The translations under genes and the position numbers were made by a program. From the human T2T-CHM13v2.0 reference genome, Homo sapiens: a stretch of DNA of 64,000 nt. The stretch is taken from NCBI RefSeq assembly GCF_009914755.1, contig NC_060929.1; one strand, written 5' to 3'. Every line of letters starts with the position of its first letter. Within the stretch, counting starts at the first letter, position 1. Positions 26,790-40,615 of the stretch are shown here, piece by piece. The notes beneath the pieces are model-generated. The model searched no databases and was not told the origin of the DNA. It saw only the letters and a program-made list of their open reading frames with translations.

Positions 26790-26915
26790 AGTCAGCATCC
26801 TTGGCTTTGAATGTGAATTTCTGCTCTTCCACTTCCGTGTGTGACCTTCAGCACACGACTCAACTTCCCTGAGCCTCAGTTCCCCATCTGTCAAGCAAGG
26901 ATAATATTGATAGTG
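26790..26915 (+). mobile_element. MIR (head and core)
   Basis: tgtgtgacctt...ctgagcctcagttccccatctgt. Confidence 0.85.
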
Positions 26916-26919
26916 GTCA

Positions 26920-27150
26920 TTATAATAGCAAGCATTAATTTAGTGCTTACTATGTTCCTGGCAGTGTTCTAAGCACTTCACCTGCCTTGTCTCCTTGTCT
27001 CACAGCAACCACATTAGAGGCGGGTAATATAATTGTCTTTGGCTTACAGATGGGGACATTGAGGCCGAGGGAGGTTAAGAAATGTGTGCTAGGCTACACA
27101 GGGGATAGGGGTAGGGCCAGAATTGGATACAGAACTGTCATGAGCTGAGT
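26920..27150 (-). mobile_element. MIR (near complete), tail-to-tail with the previous MIR
   Basis: tagtgcttactatgttcctggcagtgttctaagcactt...ttacagatggggacattgaggc. Confidence 0.85.
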
Positions 27151-27853
27151 CCAAGCCTCTGTTTCAGATCTCCTGGATACTTAGTGGCAGTAAGCATGGG
27201 CATTATTATATCCAGGCTGAGGGGACAGGGGCAATACTTTCCTTTTAGAATATTGAATCAAAGTAAGCCTTTTTAATTCTGAACATTCAGGTCCAAGGAG
27301 ATGGTTCACGTAGATAATTATCCTAAGGCTGCCCCAAGCTGCCACGGCCATTGCCCCTCCTCCACTCACCGTGCAGACCAGCACTGCCCTGGAGAGCCAG
27401 GCATGGAGTTTGCCTCTCTCAAGTGTCACCCCCTCAACAAGAGAGACCTGTGTTCTAAGATTCTTCATGGCACCCAGGCACATTGAAAAGCTTCTTCTTG
27501 ATGCCCAGAGAGTTCAGCATGGTGAATGGACTCTGGGTAAAGTGTGATCTATCCATTGCAATGCTCTTTTAAATTTCAAATGCTTTTGACTGGGGAAAAC
27601 TTTGAGACACCAGCTCCTTAGTGTGCCTTCATGTATCAAATTGCTTTCTTTTCAATTGCGAGTGGACAGGCCCCTCATTCACAGGAGGAGAGGCTGGAGT
27701 TAGGGCTTGACTGTCTGAGTTTGCCTTGGGCCAGCTGCTCCGGACTGCCCTGGATCATGAACTTCACTTGCAGAACTGTTCTGGGCTGTGGCTGGGAAAG
27801 GATATTTCTTTCTCAGTTGTGGTCACTGACCAAGGGGGCCCTCCTGTACTTTT

Positions 27854-28187
27854 TTTTTAGTTTTTTTGTTTGTTTGTTTGTTTTATTCTGTTTTGTTTTG
27901 TTTGAGACGAGATCCTGTTCTGTCACCCAGACTGGAGTACAGTGGTGTGATCACGGTCATGGTTCACCATGGCATCGACCTCCTGGGCTCAAGGATCATC
28001 CACCTCAACCTCTCAAGTAGCTGGTACCACAGGCGTAAACCACTATGCTCGGTTAATTTTTTTGTTTGTAGAGATGAGGCCTTGCTATGTTTCCCAGGCT
28101 GGTATTGAACTCCTGGGCTCAAGCGATCTTCTTGCCTTGGCCTCCTAAAGTGCTGGGATTACAGGCATGCTGACACTGCACCTGGCC
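27854..28187 (-). mobile_element. AluJ SINE
   Basis: J-type ctcctgggctcaagcgatc; TSD tcctgtactttt at 27842-27853 and 28189-28200. Confidence 0.95.
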
Positions 28188-28779
28188 TTCCTGTACTTTT
28201 GACAAGCTGGGAACCACTTGCTGTTTCTGCAGACTGCCTGCCACCTTCTTGCTCATTTCTGAGCCTCTTGGAGATGAATAAGTTAGCTGGGGTAGGAAGA
28301 AAAGTCCCCACAATCTCATCTCACTTCGTTTGGGCTTCCTGTTTGGCAGCTAGAGATAGAAGGGGAAGGGAGATTAACGGAGAGAGCCCATAGCCTATGA
28401 TATGTCTCAGCTTTATGGTCTCCCTCATGAAGGAAGTGTGCCAGTGCCAGGCACAAAGTGGCCAAAACCCCAACCGTGGGAAGCACATTCCAACAGGACT
28501 TCTGGAAAATGATTCAGCTGCGCTCACTCCTAATCCAATTTAATGATCCTATTTTGATAGCATTACGTATTTATTTGCTGGTTAGGAGAAAAACCACCAC
28601 CTCCCAAGGTCTCCCTGCAGGTGCTCTGAAAACAGGGCTACTGGAGGAGCCACTCTTCCTCCCCTCCATTCTGGGCTCAGGTCTTTAATGTGAAAATGTG
28701 GCCTTCAGACGTGCTGGGATATTTGAAAGGGCAGGGACCAGGGGTGGGGAGGGTGGCAGTGCTAAAAGTTCTAAACAAG

Positions 28780-29400
28780 CCAGCTGGGGCGGGAGTGTGG
28801 TCGTGAGGGAACATTATCTGGTGTGATTCTTTGTTTTCACGGTATCACCTCCTATTTCTCAGACCAACAGAATCACCAAGCTGTAAACGGCACACCTTAC
28901 AAATCAGCGTCCCCTGACGTGGTTGGAGCGTTCATTACCAGCTGTAAAGGCACACCAGCAAGAGAGGTTGCTGTTCTGTAGCCCAATTTTCCATCGCAAT
29001 AACCCAATTAACTGGTGTGTGTGTTTGTTTTACAAAGCTCCAAGCTACAATAAACCATACAGATAAGCGGGCTGCAGAAAGCTCTGTAATTAGGACAAGG
29101 TGTACAAATTAAACTACTCTTTTTAAACTTCAAACCAGCTAACTTCTGACATACTGTACTGCTGGGGCTTCTGGGACTGAACCCAATTAACATCTTAGTA
29201 TTTTATAAGCATCGTTTTAATTGCATTTGTATGCAATCTTCTCTCCAAGTGCCTTTCAAGGTGCTAGTCCTTGTTCAGCTTTTATTACTTTGGTGATTTA
29301 AATCTTCTCTCTCGGAGGTTCCCGTTAATAATGACTACTGCTACCTCAAATGCTGGTCCAACATAAAACTCGTCTCTCGGAATAATTATGCTTTAAAACA
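28780..29400. promoter_or_regulatory. Candidate developmental enhancer / conserved non-coding element
   Basis: No recognisable repeat, several retained CpGs, duplicated agctgtaaa(c)ggcacacc, duplicated aacccaattaac, TGACGTGG, AGATAA and TAATTA motifs; function is inferred. Confidence 0.4.
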
Positions 29401-29629
29401 GTTACATTTAACTTTATTATTACATTTTTAATTTTTTTCTCTGTTTGAACATTATGCCCTTAAACGTTTTATCAACCTGTCAGCTCTTGGAAGGGCTGGA
29501 AAGGAGATTCTCTTTGAGAACTGGGATCATGGCCTAAACATTTTTTTTTTCCATTCCTCTGCTCACCTTTAGTCTGGAGTAAAGGTGTTTGGTGCCATGG
29601 TGATGAGGGGGTATTTGAATGAGTGAATT

Positions 29630-29631
29630 TG

Positions 29632-29661
<30 letters not shown>
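29630..29661. repeat. Poly(T) tract
   Basis: About 29 consecutive T. Confidence 0.95.
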
Positions 29662-29662
<1 letters not shown>

Positions 29663-29860
29663 TGTCCTTGTGGGTTTTGGGGCATCTTTGTCTATATTTC
29701 GGGCATTTTATTCCTGTACAAAATCTAAGGTGGCACCAAACAAAGCAAGGATCAGGATAATATTTTAATGCGATATTTAGAAAAATAAATAAAATCAGGA
29801 AACTCTGATCTACAGGCCAGCTGCCTATTTTTGTAAATACAGTATTTTTGGAAACGAGAT

Positions 29861-30091
29861 CATGGTTGGGGTGAGCAGAGTGAGGCATCTTGCATCAGTG
29901 CAGAGTAGCTAGTTCCTGCGTTTAGTTAAAATTTTGAAATTGTATTTGTCATAGGTTGTTTTGTGCATTCACTTCTATTTAAAAAATATTTCATTACAAT
30001 ATTATTTATCTTGATTCCTGAGTTTTGGGTGCCCCCTTAAATTGTGCACCCAGATGAGTATCTCATCTGCCTCCCCCTGGTCTTGGCCCTG
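29861..30091. mobile_element. hAT-Tip100 MER96B-like DNA transposon, preceded by a MER58-like fragment (29800-29860)
   Basis: Imperfect TIRs ggggtgagcagagtgaggca and tctcatctgcctccccctggtcttggccctg; ggtgcccccttaaattgtgcaccc. Confidence 0.6.
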
Positions 30092-31194
30092 CTATCATAA
30101 GTACAAGGAAGGCTTTAAAAGGGATTTCAACAGACGAAGAAGCACTGAAGGAAAAATTTCACCCAGTGAAAAAAAATGTAGGGAAAAACCCAGCCATATG
30201 TTGGTTTATTTCCAAGTACAGTGTGCATAGAAGTCCTCACTCCCTGCTAAGAAGCACCCAAAGCACTGGAGATGCCTGAGTTTATGGGAACAACCCAATG
30301 ACAAACTCTCCTCCTTCGTAACCCCGAACCACAAAAGCAAGATGTTTTCATAATTTCCCGTCGATGCTTCTTATTGCAAAAAGGAGTTAGGAAAAATGAG
30401 TACTAATGCTGTATTCAATTAGGATTTCTGTTATCTGGATAAAAATATACAGTCTTGAGCAGGCAGTGAGATCCTCCTGGAATATTTTAAACCTTTTTGC
30501 TTGATTGAGTGTCTTGTCAAACAAAACTGGCAGCCTCTCTCCCAGAGCTGCCTGAATCTATGCAGATATGATTTCTATCATGCCTTTATTATGTGTAGTC
30601 TGTAATAAGGATGAGCACATATAAATCATCTCTGGATGGCAGTTAGGATGCAATACTCAAAGGGGAAAGACATTTCTGCTTTCAAATGTCTAGCGATTTC
30701 AGATATAATATAGCAAGTCTCCCCTGAACTGCACTATCTCAATTCTACTCAAGCCCTTCTGTGGGAGAATGAGACTTTCATATCTTTCTTTGCAAGATTC
30801 ACTAGTGAGATAAGAATTGTGTCACTAAGACCAGAGTGCTGTATCTTTTTGGTTAGTCTGATATCAAAGTTGCATTTGAAAAGAGGATCCTTTCGTAATT
30901 TGATTCAAGAGGCTGGCATTGAGGGTGTGTGGAGAGACCTTAGGTTTTGGGTCTGCTTTGTGCCAACGGGGCACAGGTCTTGAAGTGGGGAACTAGCAAA
31001 CTGATGATCTGAATCTGCAGCAAGGAGCAATTGCCCTTCTAGTGACATTTCAAAGGGTCATTCTCTTCACTGAATCAGGAACTGAGTCATAAATATGTCA
31101 ATCTCCTATGACACAAAGGGTAGTTTGGCAGGAAAACAATAATGAAAACAAAACAGCACTGCACGGTGAAACTTGAGGGCTTCTGACATGGCTA

Positions 31195-31320
31195 CTAATA
31201 TTGTTAAAATGAGGACTTATTAAACAATTAAATGTTAATATTGTTAAAATGAGCACTTGTTATGTGCCAATTAAAATATTAATATTGTTAAAATGAGCAC
31301 TTATTTTGTGCCAAGCCATG
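31195..31320. repeat. Tandem triplication (about 40-44 bp unit) of a MIR tail
   Basis: taatattgttaaaatgagSacttRtt occurs three times. Confidence 0.85.
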
Positions 31321-31382
31321 AGCATCTCCTTGTATTATCTCATTTAATCTTCCATAGAATGCAACAGAGTAGATATTCTTTA

Positions 31383-31754
31383 TTTTTTTTTTTAATTTTT
31401 TCGTTTCCATAGGTTTTTGGGGAACAGGTAGTATTTAGTTACGCAAGTAAACTCTTTGGTGGTGATTTGTGAGATTTTGGTGCACCCATCACCTGAGTAG
31501 TATACACTGAACCTGATTTTTTGTCTTTTATCCCTCACTCCCTTTCCAGCCTTTCCTGCTGAGTCCCCAAAGTCCATTTTGTCATTCTTATGCCTCTGCA
31601 TCCTCATATTTTACCTCCTACTTACAAGTGGGAATGTATGATGTTTGGTTTTCCGTTCCTGAGTTACTTCACTTAGACTAATGGACTCCAATCCAATCCA
31701 GGTTGATGTGAATGCCATTAATGCATTCCTTTTTATGGCTGAGTAGTAGTCCAT
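31383..31754 (-). mobile_element. L1PB1-like 3' end inserted into a minus-strand MIR (31290-31900)
   Basis: ggtttttggggaacagg...gtgagattttggtgcacccatcacc; TSD gtagataYtcttta at 31369-31382 and 31755-31768. Confidence 0.9.
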
Positions 31755-33045
31755 GTAGATACTCTTTAAATACCCACTGTACAGATAAGGGAGAGGAGGC
31801 AAGTAAAGTGGTCAGCCTCTGGTCACAGGTTTAGTAGGTGATGGGCCAGAATTCCAAGCACACTGGTGCCTGCTCTGACTTCTTATCCACCCTGTTTTTA
31901 CTTACTGAGTGGTCTTGGGCCACTTCATGCCTCAGATTTCAAGAAAACCAGGACAAGAATGAAATAGCAGGCTTGGAAATCAAAGCAAGTAAATGCTTAG
32001 AGGGTCCCAGGATGCCCCTTCAGTTGCTGTTAAAAAGCAGTGCATAGGAATTCTTTGGTTGGACTGTGGCATGTGTGGGTATGGACAGTGGGTGGCAGCA
32101 GTGATAGGGCAGTAAGATAAATTCCAGTCATATCAAAAAGTAATATTTGCCTGCAGGACTCCAATTCTCTGGTTTGGGGGTTTTCTTTCCCTTTCAGTGT
32201 CTTCCCCTCCTCTCTCTCCAGGAGCCTTGGATTTGGTTGATGTAGGTCCATTAGACCAGGACCCAACCTTTCTCATGGTGCAGCACACACAGTAATGACA
32301 AATGAGGACCTCATGGTGAGAGGGAAGCCCTGGTGCCTGCCACCCAGCTGCCCAGAGGACCGAGGGACTCAGGATCATGGCACTCCTATAACAGAGTCAC
32401 AGCAGCTCAGTATCAGACCATGAGTGCTGTGAGGCCTGGGGCTGTGTACCCCTATGCCTAGCACCATTGTTGACTGGATAAATACGAACCCACTCCTGAT
32501 GTAAAGGAAGGCATTCTGATAAAGTAATTCCCGCTAAGTCTCTAGAGTTTTAATCAGTCAACATAGAGTGTGAGACTGCCCTTCATTTCGGGTGTTTTAG
32601 CCACTGGGAGATCTCTGGGGGCAAGGGTCTCTTCCCAGTGCCTGTCATCACACTGAACAGCTTCTTTGTCCTGCCAGTGAGAGGTGAGAGATTAGGCCTG
32701 GCTTGCCTGAAGGAGAGGGAGCCGTAAGATAAGGGAGGAGGCTTGCGGGGAGAGCAAAGAACTTAGAGAAGACAAAAAGGCAGGAAGAGGGGAGTGTTTC
32801 ATGACTGGAGTCTGTTTCAGTAGGGCCGAGGGGGAATGGTGGTCTGAACACAAACCCAGGAAGTTGCTGTGACATGCACTATCTTCCTTCTTATCTGCAG
32901 GCAGCTCCAGCTAGATAAGCACGTCACTGTGATTTCTCACTCTTGCCCGCTATGGCCTGAGTGTCTGTGTATGGGCTTCCCTGGGCTTTCTCAGAAATCC
33001 AAATGGCTGGCACAAAGATTCAGACCTTGGAAATTGAGTAGCTGA

Positions 33046-33562
<517 letters not shown>

Positions 33563-34479
33563 TAGAGGTGATTCAAATCTCCATAAAAGTGTTTTGAAAA
33601 CTGTAAAGTCTATACAGGCATAACACATTATTATGATTCAAGGTAGCAACAAAATGTCAAATTGGGAAGAGTAGTCCAGTATAGAGGTCAACTGGGCTGC
33701 CTCTTTGTCTTGATACAAGCTTACCTGCCTTTAAGCAATTTGGTAACATGAGTTGCAAATCGTACTCCAAAGCTCTCTAGGGGTGGTGGACACTCCACAG
33801 CTTCATTCACTTTTATAGTTGGGATGTCCTTATTCACACTTAACCTAAAATTTGCCTGTTGCAATGGGAGTGCTTATCTTTTTTTACTTTTGATACAGAT
33901 GGAAAAAAGTGAGTCTAAATCGTCTGTAGTGGGATGTCCCTTTTTGTGCTTAAAGATCACTCTGAATGCCTCTCATTGACTTCTTTTCCTTAGAGCAGAG
34001 GCCCCTGCTCGAAGAAGTCACCTCACTTCCCAGTCTTCTCTCTTTTCCTTCAGTCATTTGAACTGTTCTTTGTGGATATTCATGGTCCAAGCCCTCATCT
34101 TCTGTCATAACCTACAGCCCAGGGATGAAGACACACCTGGCCCACTCATGGGAGAGAGGAGGTGTGGTTCCTGTGGTCAGCACTTGGTGATGGAGGAGGG
34201 ACAGGCCATTTTGAGCAATTGTGTGGCTGGCTTTTGACTTTCTTAAGACCTAGTGGCAGTCCCTGGCCAGATTTAGCCTGGCCTTTGGCAATGGGAACCC
34301 TGTGGCAGGTGATACTTGCTGAGCAGATTAACTTTTCTAGTTTGATGCAGACAGACTCTGGGGCATGGCTCAGATAGGCCAAACTCAGAGCATGCTGACA
34401 TCTGCATATAGAAGACATTTAATACATGATTCTGTAATTGCTTAGATAGCAGCCTAAGGTCAGCAAAAAGAATGCCAGA

Positions 34480-34700
34480 GAAACAGACAGAATTCCAGGG
34501 TGCTAGTTCTAGCCTTTGAAAAACAGTGTGACTAGAGCAACTTACTTGGCCTCTCTGAGCCTCAACTTCCTGATATGTAAAATGAGGACAATATCTGTTT
34601 TCTGTTTCACTGTATGACTTGCAAGGACTAGAAGAGTGCATGCTTATGAAAATGTAGAGGACAGTTTAATTTGCAAATTATATGAGGGCTTATTATTTGA
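34480..34700 (+). mobile_element. MIR SINE
   Basis: tgtgactagagcaacttactt...ctctctgagcctcaacttcctgatatgtaaaatgagga. Confidence 0.8.
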
Positions 34701-35084
34701 TGAACCATATCATTCAGTTTACTAAACAAACTTCTCTATTTTCTTGGGCAGCAAGGAAAGGAAGCATAAATTCTCAGAACTCTTAAGTGGCCAGAAATGT
34801 CATTGAGTCAGATTTCCCATTCAGCACCTGAAAAGACCACCAAGCAGAGATGTTGCCTTTCCATTGTGGAGACTCTGGAGCTTGGAGAAGTTTCCTTGTC
34901 TGGCTGGCCCTGGAAGGGTTGGGCTGGATGAGGTGTCTATCCCAGGTGGGGCTGAGCAATAATTTTTCAGCTAGCATTTTGAGTGTACGCCAGGCTGGTT
35001 AAGGGCCCACTGTCTTGAAAACTCTCTGAAGCTACAAAAATGGCTCTGACACTTAGTCTGTATTCAAGAACCTTCCAGAGTTGA

Positions 35085-35620
35085 ACCATTTCTTCATTCA
35101 ACAAGCATTTATTACGCTACTGTGTGCCAGGCACTGTGTGAACAATCAGGATGCCATGGTAAACAAGACAGATACTGTCTCTGCTCTCATGGAAGCTACG
35201 CTCTATTGGCTGTGGATGGGTTTTAGGGCAACCATGAATTCCTTGAAATTGGATATAAAATTGTATGTGTTTGTGCAGTTTTTTCTTGGGGAAAATGTTT
35301 GAACTTTTGATTGAGTTTTCAAAGGGGCCTAGGACCTCTCCAAAAAGGTTAAAAGCCATAGTCTGGTGGGAAAGACAAGCCATTCACATGAAACATTGAC
35401 TACAAGGCAGAAAGTGACTTGTAGAATATACCGTGGGGATACCGAAGACGGAGGGATTCTTGTCAGCTGGACTGTTTGGGGAAGACTGCCTGGAGAAGGA
35501 TGTGTTTGACCCGATCCTTAACAGATGAACGAATGCAGTCCAGCATCTGTTTATTGCATAACTCCTGGAGGAAACACTCATATCAAAGTCTGTGTGAATT
35601 GTGCCACTGGATCTGAGCAG
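35085..35620 (-). mobile_element. L2 fragment interrupted by a hAT-Charlie MER (35205-35365)
   Basis: cattcaacaagcatttatt...tgtgccaggcactgtg; ttttcaaaggggcctaggac...aaaaaggttaaaagcca. Confidence 0.6.
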
Positions 35621-35655
35621 TGCATAGCTTATACAGCCATACATGATGATCCTGA

Positions 35656-36132
<477 letters not shown>

Positions 36133-36869
36133 TAGGATCCATTTTCTTATTCTTCCATTTGATTCCTTGAAATCCTCATATGCCTTATTAAAGGAAGCCC
36201 AGACACTTCCACTACCCCTTAATTACCAAATACCCCAGGGCTTTGCTGAGCCCAAAGGGTGGTCAGTCTTTATTGGACACACACTGAGGAGCCTTGGACC
36301 GTGGCCAATCTTCCAGAGGTATAGTTTCTCACTGGCTCACAGTGCAACTGGTAAAGTTTAGTCCTGTACCATTCCTGGGTGAGGCTTCAGCTTAAGTCTT
36401 ATCATGGTTGCACCAGGATCTTACTCCCTCTTGGCTCACCCTGACTTGTTCATCTGTCTTCTCAAGATGACGTTGTCAACAGCAGCACTGGCTGAGGCCT
36501 GGGTTCAAAGTCCACCCCTTCATCAGCCTACAATGTTTAGCCTTCTTCCTCGTCTCTGACTCCTTCCCCTGGGCTGGGGCTGCTTCTTTCTTCAACTCTT
36601 ACAATGCAGACAGCTTTCTTATATTCCTATCTGAGAACAATTGAGTATTCTCACATCTCTGTTTTGAAGAAAGTTCCCTTTAGTGATTTAACTGTGCCAC
36701 AGCTAGTAACTTCTCTCATTGAGGAGTAAAAGACTTAGCCCAAGCTCAGCCTCTCATAGGCAGTTCTTGGATAGGCTCCCTGTCTACACAAAGATTTCAT
36801 ACACAAGGCGGTATAATGGGAATATCATACTGCCTTGCCTATGAAGTAAGGCATAAGTTTGGATTTGGA

Positions 36870-37060
36870 AGGTGCATTAGACCTGTGACCCTGGGGTGTT
36901 TATTTAACCCTCTCTGAGCTTTAGTTTCCTTCTCTCTAATATCTTTGTGTATTATCAACCTCCTAGCGTTGTTATGCAGTATATATAAGATGATGCATAT
37001 AAAGCTGTTGGCAATGTGCCTGGCCTAGAGGTAGCCTTCAATAAATGTGATCTAGAAACA
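36870..37060 (+). mobile_element. MIR SINE
   Basis: tctctgagctttagtttcct...gtgcctggcctagaggtagccttcaataaat. Confidence 0.75.
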
Positions 37061-38019
37061 GTAGTAGAAGAGGAAGAAGAAAAAAAAGAGGAAGAGGAAG
37101 GTGAAAATTGGACAGGTTGCTAGAATGGAGGAAGCTGTAGAGACCCAGGTGGACAGCTAGCACCCAAAATCACCCTGCTATTCCCCTGTTTTATGCACCA
37201 GCACCTTCCATTTCCTCCTTCGTTTAAAAGCAGAGGAAATTGCAGCCAAGGCTTTCCCCCAGCTCCAGGCACATGGATGCCAACCCCCTTCACTGGGAGC
37301 TTTTACGTCCCAGCTTTCTCAATAGGTGAAATTCCTTGGATGCCCTGAGCAAACTCTATCTAGCTATGAGGCCTCAGCTATCCCCAGCTTCCAAACACAC
37401 CCCCTCATTCTCCTTTCTAGGTCCACCCAGGAGCCCCAGACAGCTTCCTTCTCAGCTTCTTATGGCTGGCCTTTCCCCTTTGTGCCTGGAGGCACTGGTG
37501 GCTCTGAGCCTTCTTTCCCTTAGCCCTGTTCTGCCAATGCTCTTTGAGGGGAAATAAGAGAACTCTTCCCAGTAAACTTGGGATCTCCAGTGGGGTGTTC
37601 TGGATCTGGCCAAGTGATGGCCTCAGGAATTTTGTAAGAGGCGGAGGCCTGTGTTCTGTGATCCAGCTGTTCCTGGTCCAGACAGTGACCCTCTGGGGTA
37701 TGCTTTAATGAAACTTGGCATTTGAGCTCTTCTTGGCACCCACTGGGCAAGGAAAGAGTGATGTGCTGTGACTCTAATCTCCCAAGTAGAGCATAGAGGA
37801 ACCCAGAATCCTCTCTGCTTCCTTAGCTGTAGGCAAGCTGGACTCAAGCAGGCACTATACCTACACCCTGTATCCAGTTCTGAGCAGGCATTGTTTGATG
37901 CCTCAGTTTCTCATCTGAGCAATGAGGAAATCAGTCCAGCTGTACCCCAAGATAATTAAAAAGTAGCTCCAGCATGTCTAGGGGTGGGGAAGATGACTAC
38001 CACCCTTGTCCCTCACTGA

Positions 38020-38970
38020 CACATCAATGTGAGCTCTACCACCTACTAGTTGCATTACTTTGAGCAAGTTACCGCTTTTCCAAATAGGTTTCCTCATCTG
38101 CAAAATGGCAACAGAATGGTTACTTTGATAAGATAACGCTTGCAAGCCCTTGATACTGTGCCTGGCATGTAGTAAGTGCTGTGTAGCATTTGTTACTGCT
38201 ATTATTATTTGTTTGAATAGCTCTTTCAATTCCCCAAAGTTTTTTCACACCTCTTATTTAAAACTTCAAGCTTCATGGAACATCTCTGCAGGAAGGCCAT
38301 CTCATTTAACGTTAAAGAAGTGGAGGCACAGAGAAGTAAGGTGACTTGACTGAGGTGACACAGGAATCCAGGGTCAAATCAGATCTTCTGACTCCTGAAG
38401 GTGTTCCCTCCTGGGATCAGGAGTTCCATCTGAGAGTAAATCCAGGGACTTCCTCATCTCCGGGTACAGCCTATATTCAAAGTTCACACAACAGGCTTTG
38501 CTCCTCCCTTCATATGTTGATTCCTTGAAGACTTGTGGCAAAATCTTATTCCTTCTTTAAGGTTCAAATATTATGGACTCTGTAAAGAAACTTCTCTTGA
38601 TCCCCAGGTTGAACTAATCCTTCCTTCCTTGTACTTTGAACAAGTATCTGATTTGGCACTTATTACATAGCTAAATTGGAACTGACCATGAACTCTGTGA
38701 AGAACAATATATTTGTACTCCAACCTGTTCAGAGTAGGTGCACCCTAATTGTCTGTTGAATTAATAATACCAATAATAGCACGAGTAACTATGATCTTGT
38801 TTAACTCTTACAAATATGAGAAAGGTACTGTTATTCTCCCTACTTTTCTGATGGGAATACTGAGGTTTAGAGGAGTTAAGTAACTTGTCTGAGGTCACAC
38901 AGCTAGAAGGCAGTGGGACTGAGATTTGAACCTAGATATGATCATCTCTAGAGCTGAGTTCTTAACCAGT
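38020..38970. mobile_element. Cluster of MIRs (38020-38210 +, 38270-38400 -, 38790-38970 -) and L2 (38510-38765 +)
   Basis: MIR cores gtttcctcatctgcaaaatgg and gggaatactgaggtttagaggagttaagtaacttgtctgaggtcacacagctag. Confidence 0.75.
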
Positions 38971-39759
38971 TCTCCCATTCTTCCATAGCCATTCACATGG
39001 AGCTTTTTCCTCCAGGTGATAAACACCTACCTCAAATGTTCCCTAGAAGCTGGTCTAGGTGAAACTGCCAAGACGGATGAGTAGAAGGGAGTTGGAGATT
39101 TCAAGCTGAGTTGGAGCAGAAGAACCTGAACCCATGTCTTTGCCTCTATATGGAGTTAAGAGGCAAATGTATTCAACGTTTCAAAGTATCTCTTCCTGAA
39201 CAACCCCATGAGTCAGACACATACAAGTGTTGTGGCATGTTGGACAGCCTCTGAGAAATGGTACTTCTTTTCTTGTAGCTGACCTTTTCTGGGGCCTGTG
39301 AGCCAGCTGACCTTTGCATATCCCCTCACCTGCAATGGCTAAGGGATAACTCTTTAGTAACCACTCTTTGCCTGTCACTTGCATCAAGTAAATGGAAGTT
39401 GCCAAGGTTCAGCCGTGATCCAGAGCCTGAGTCTCACTAGCTGACATTAGGGTGAAAAGTGCATATGGAGAAATACCAGTAAGAACTTCAGTGGGACTGA
39501 AACTATGGATCATATGTAATGGGGAGTTGGGCCTTCTGGGTCATAACGGTGCAAAGAAGAGGCCTTTTCTGAAAGCCCTTGGAGCAGGTCACATATATAT
39601 TCAGACATCCAGAACATCAGCATGTCCCTTAACCTAGTTTTCTCATTTAAGTTCAAGAAAGAAACCTGATTCCTGCTCAAGGCTCTTATTGCAAAATCTT
39701 AGAACTGGAAGGGACTTCGGAGATGACCTAACCCGACAAATATATAATATTCATCTTTC

Positions 39760-40495
39760 TACTGTCCAATCCTGTGCCCATAGCAATGGCAGCCATTGCT
39801 AATGGATGACAGTGTTCTCTCTGGAAAGGCCTAAATGCAGCCTCAGAACCCTTTAATGCCTAGTGATCCAAGCAACAGTGGAGTTGACCACCAACTCCAA
39901 CCAGGACCTTCAACGTTTAGCTTCGCTCTCTTCACATGCTTCCTTCTTGGGTCTGTAGGATGAGGGACTTGGGGAATCTTGCATGGGCAATACAAGAATT
40001 TCTGTCTTCATTTGATGTTACCAGGAGCAACTGGAGATCTTGGGAAAAAGCAAATAGGTCAGGAGATATGAAGTTAGGGTCTAGTCTTGGTATTGCCACA
40101 AAGGAGCTGAGGGATCATAGGCAAGACACAAGCTCTCTGGACCTCAGTTTTCCTCATCTGTAAAATGAAGGGCTTGAGAGGACTACACAATGGCCCTGGG
40201 CCTTCTTTCAGAAGTGTGGCCTTGGGATGTTTTTGGTATGTTGAGATATATAGTGCTGATAGATGTTCCCTGCTCCTGAGAGGCAGGGTCTATGTTGTGC
40301 ACATGCCCTACTCCAGCAAGGGCAAGCATGGGACCATCCCGCTGCCCCTCCATACTCCCATGCCTGTAGCAGACATTGACAGTCATTCACAGCACTCTTT
40401 TCTGCCCCATATGGATTTGATCTTAGAATCCTTCTCACTCTCTTTGGCAAGGGGTCTGAGCAGCCACCACCAACTGATCAGAGTTTGCAAGAGAA
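39760..40495 (+). mobile_element. Two MER102-like fragments flanking a MIR (40050-40185)
   Basis: gcagccattgctaat...gcctcagaaccctt and gcagacattgac...agcactctttt...agaatccttctc; MIR core cctcagttttcctcatctgtaaaatg. Confidence 0.6.
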
Positions 40496-40514
40496 AAGAA
40501 AACCATCTGCCATC

Positions 40515-40615
40515 TGTTATGGGCTGAATTGTGTTCTTCCAGAAGTTGATGTTGAAGTCATAAACCCCCACTATCTCAGAATGCGGGCATATTTGGAGAT
40601 AGGGTCTTTACAGAA
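40515..40615 (+). mobile_element. MaLR LTR 5' fragment (MLT1A/B-like)
   Basis: tgttatgggctgaattgtgt...tatttggagatagggtcttta. Confidence 0.75.

Noticed and set aside
23945-31320. Short direct-repeat clusters (23945-24010, 31195-31320) as CRISPR-like arrays
   Set aside because: No unique spacers, they lie inside L2/MIR, and the context is mammalian with no cas genes
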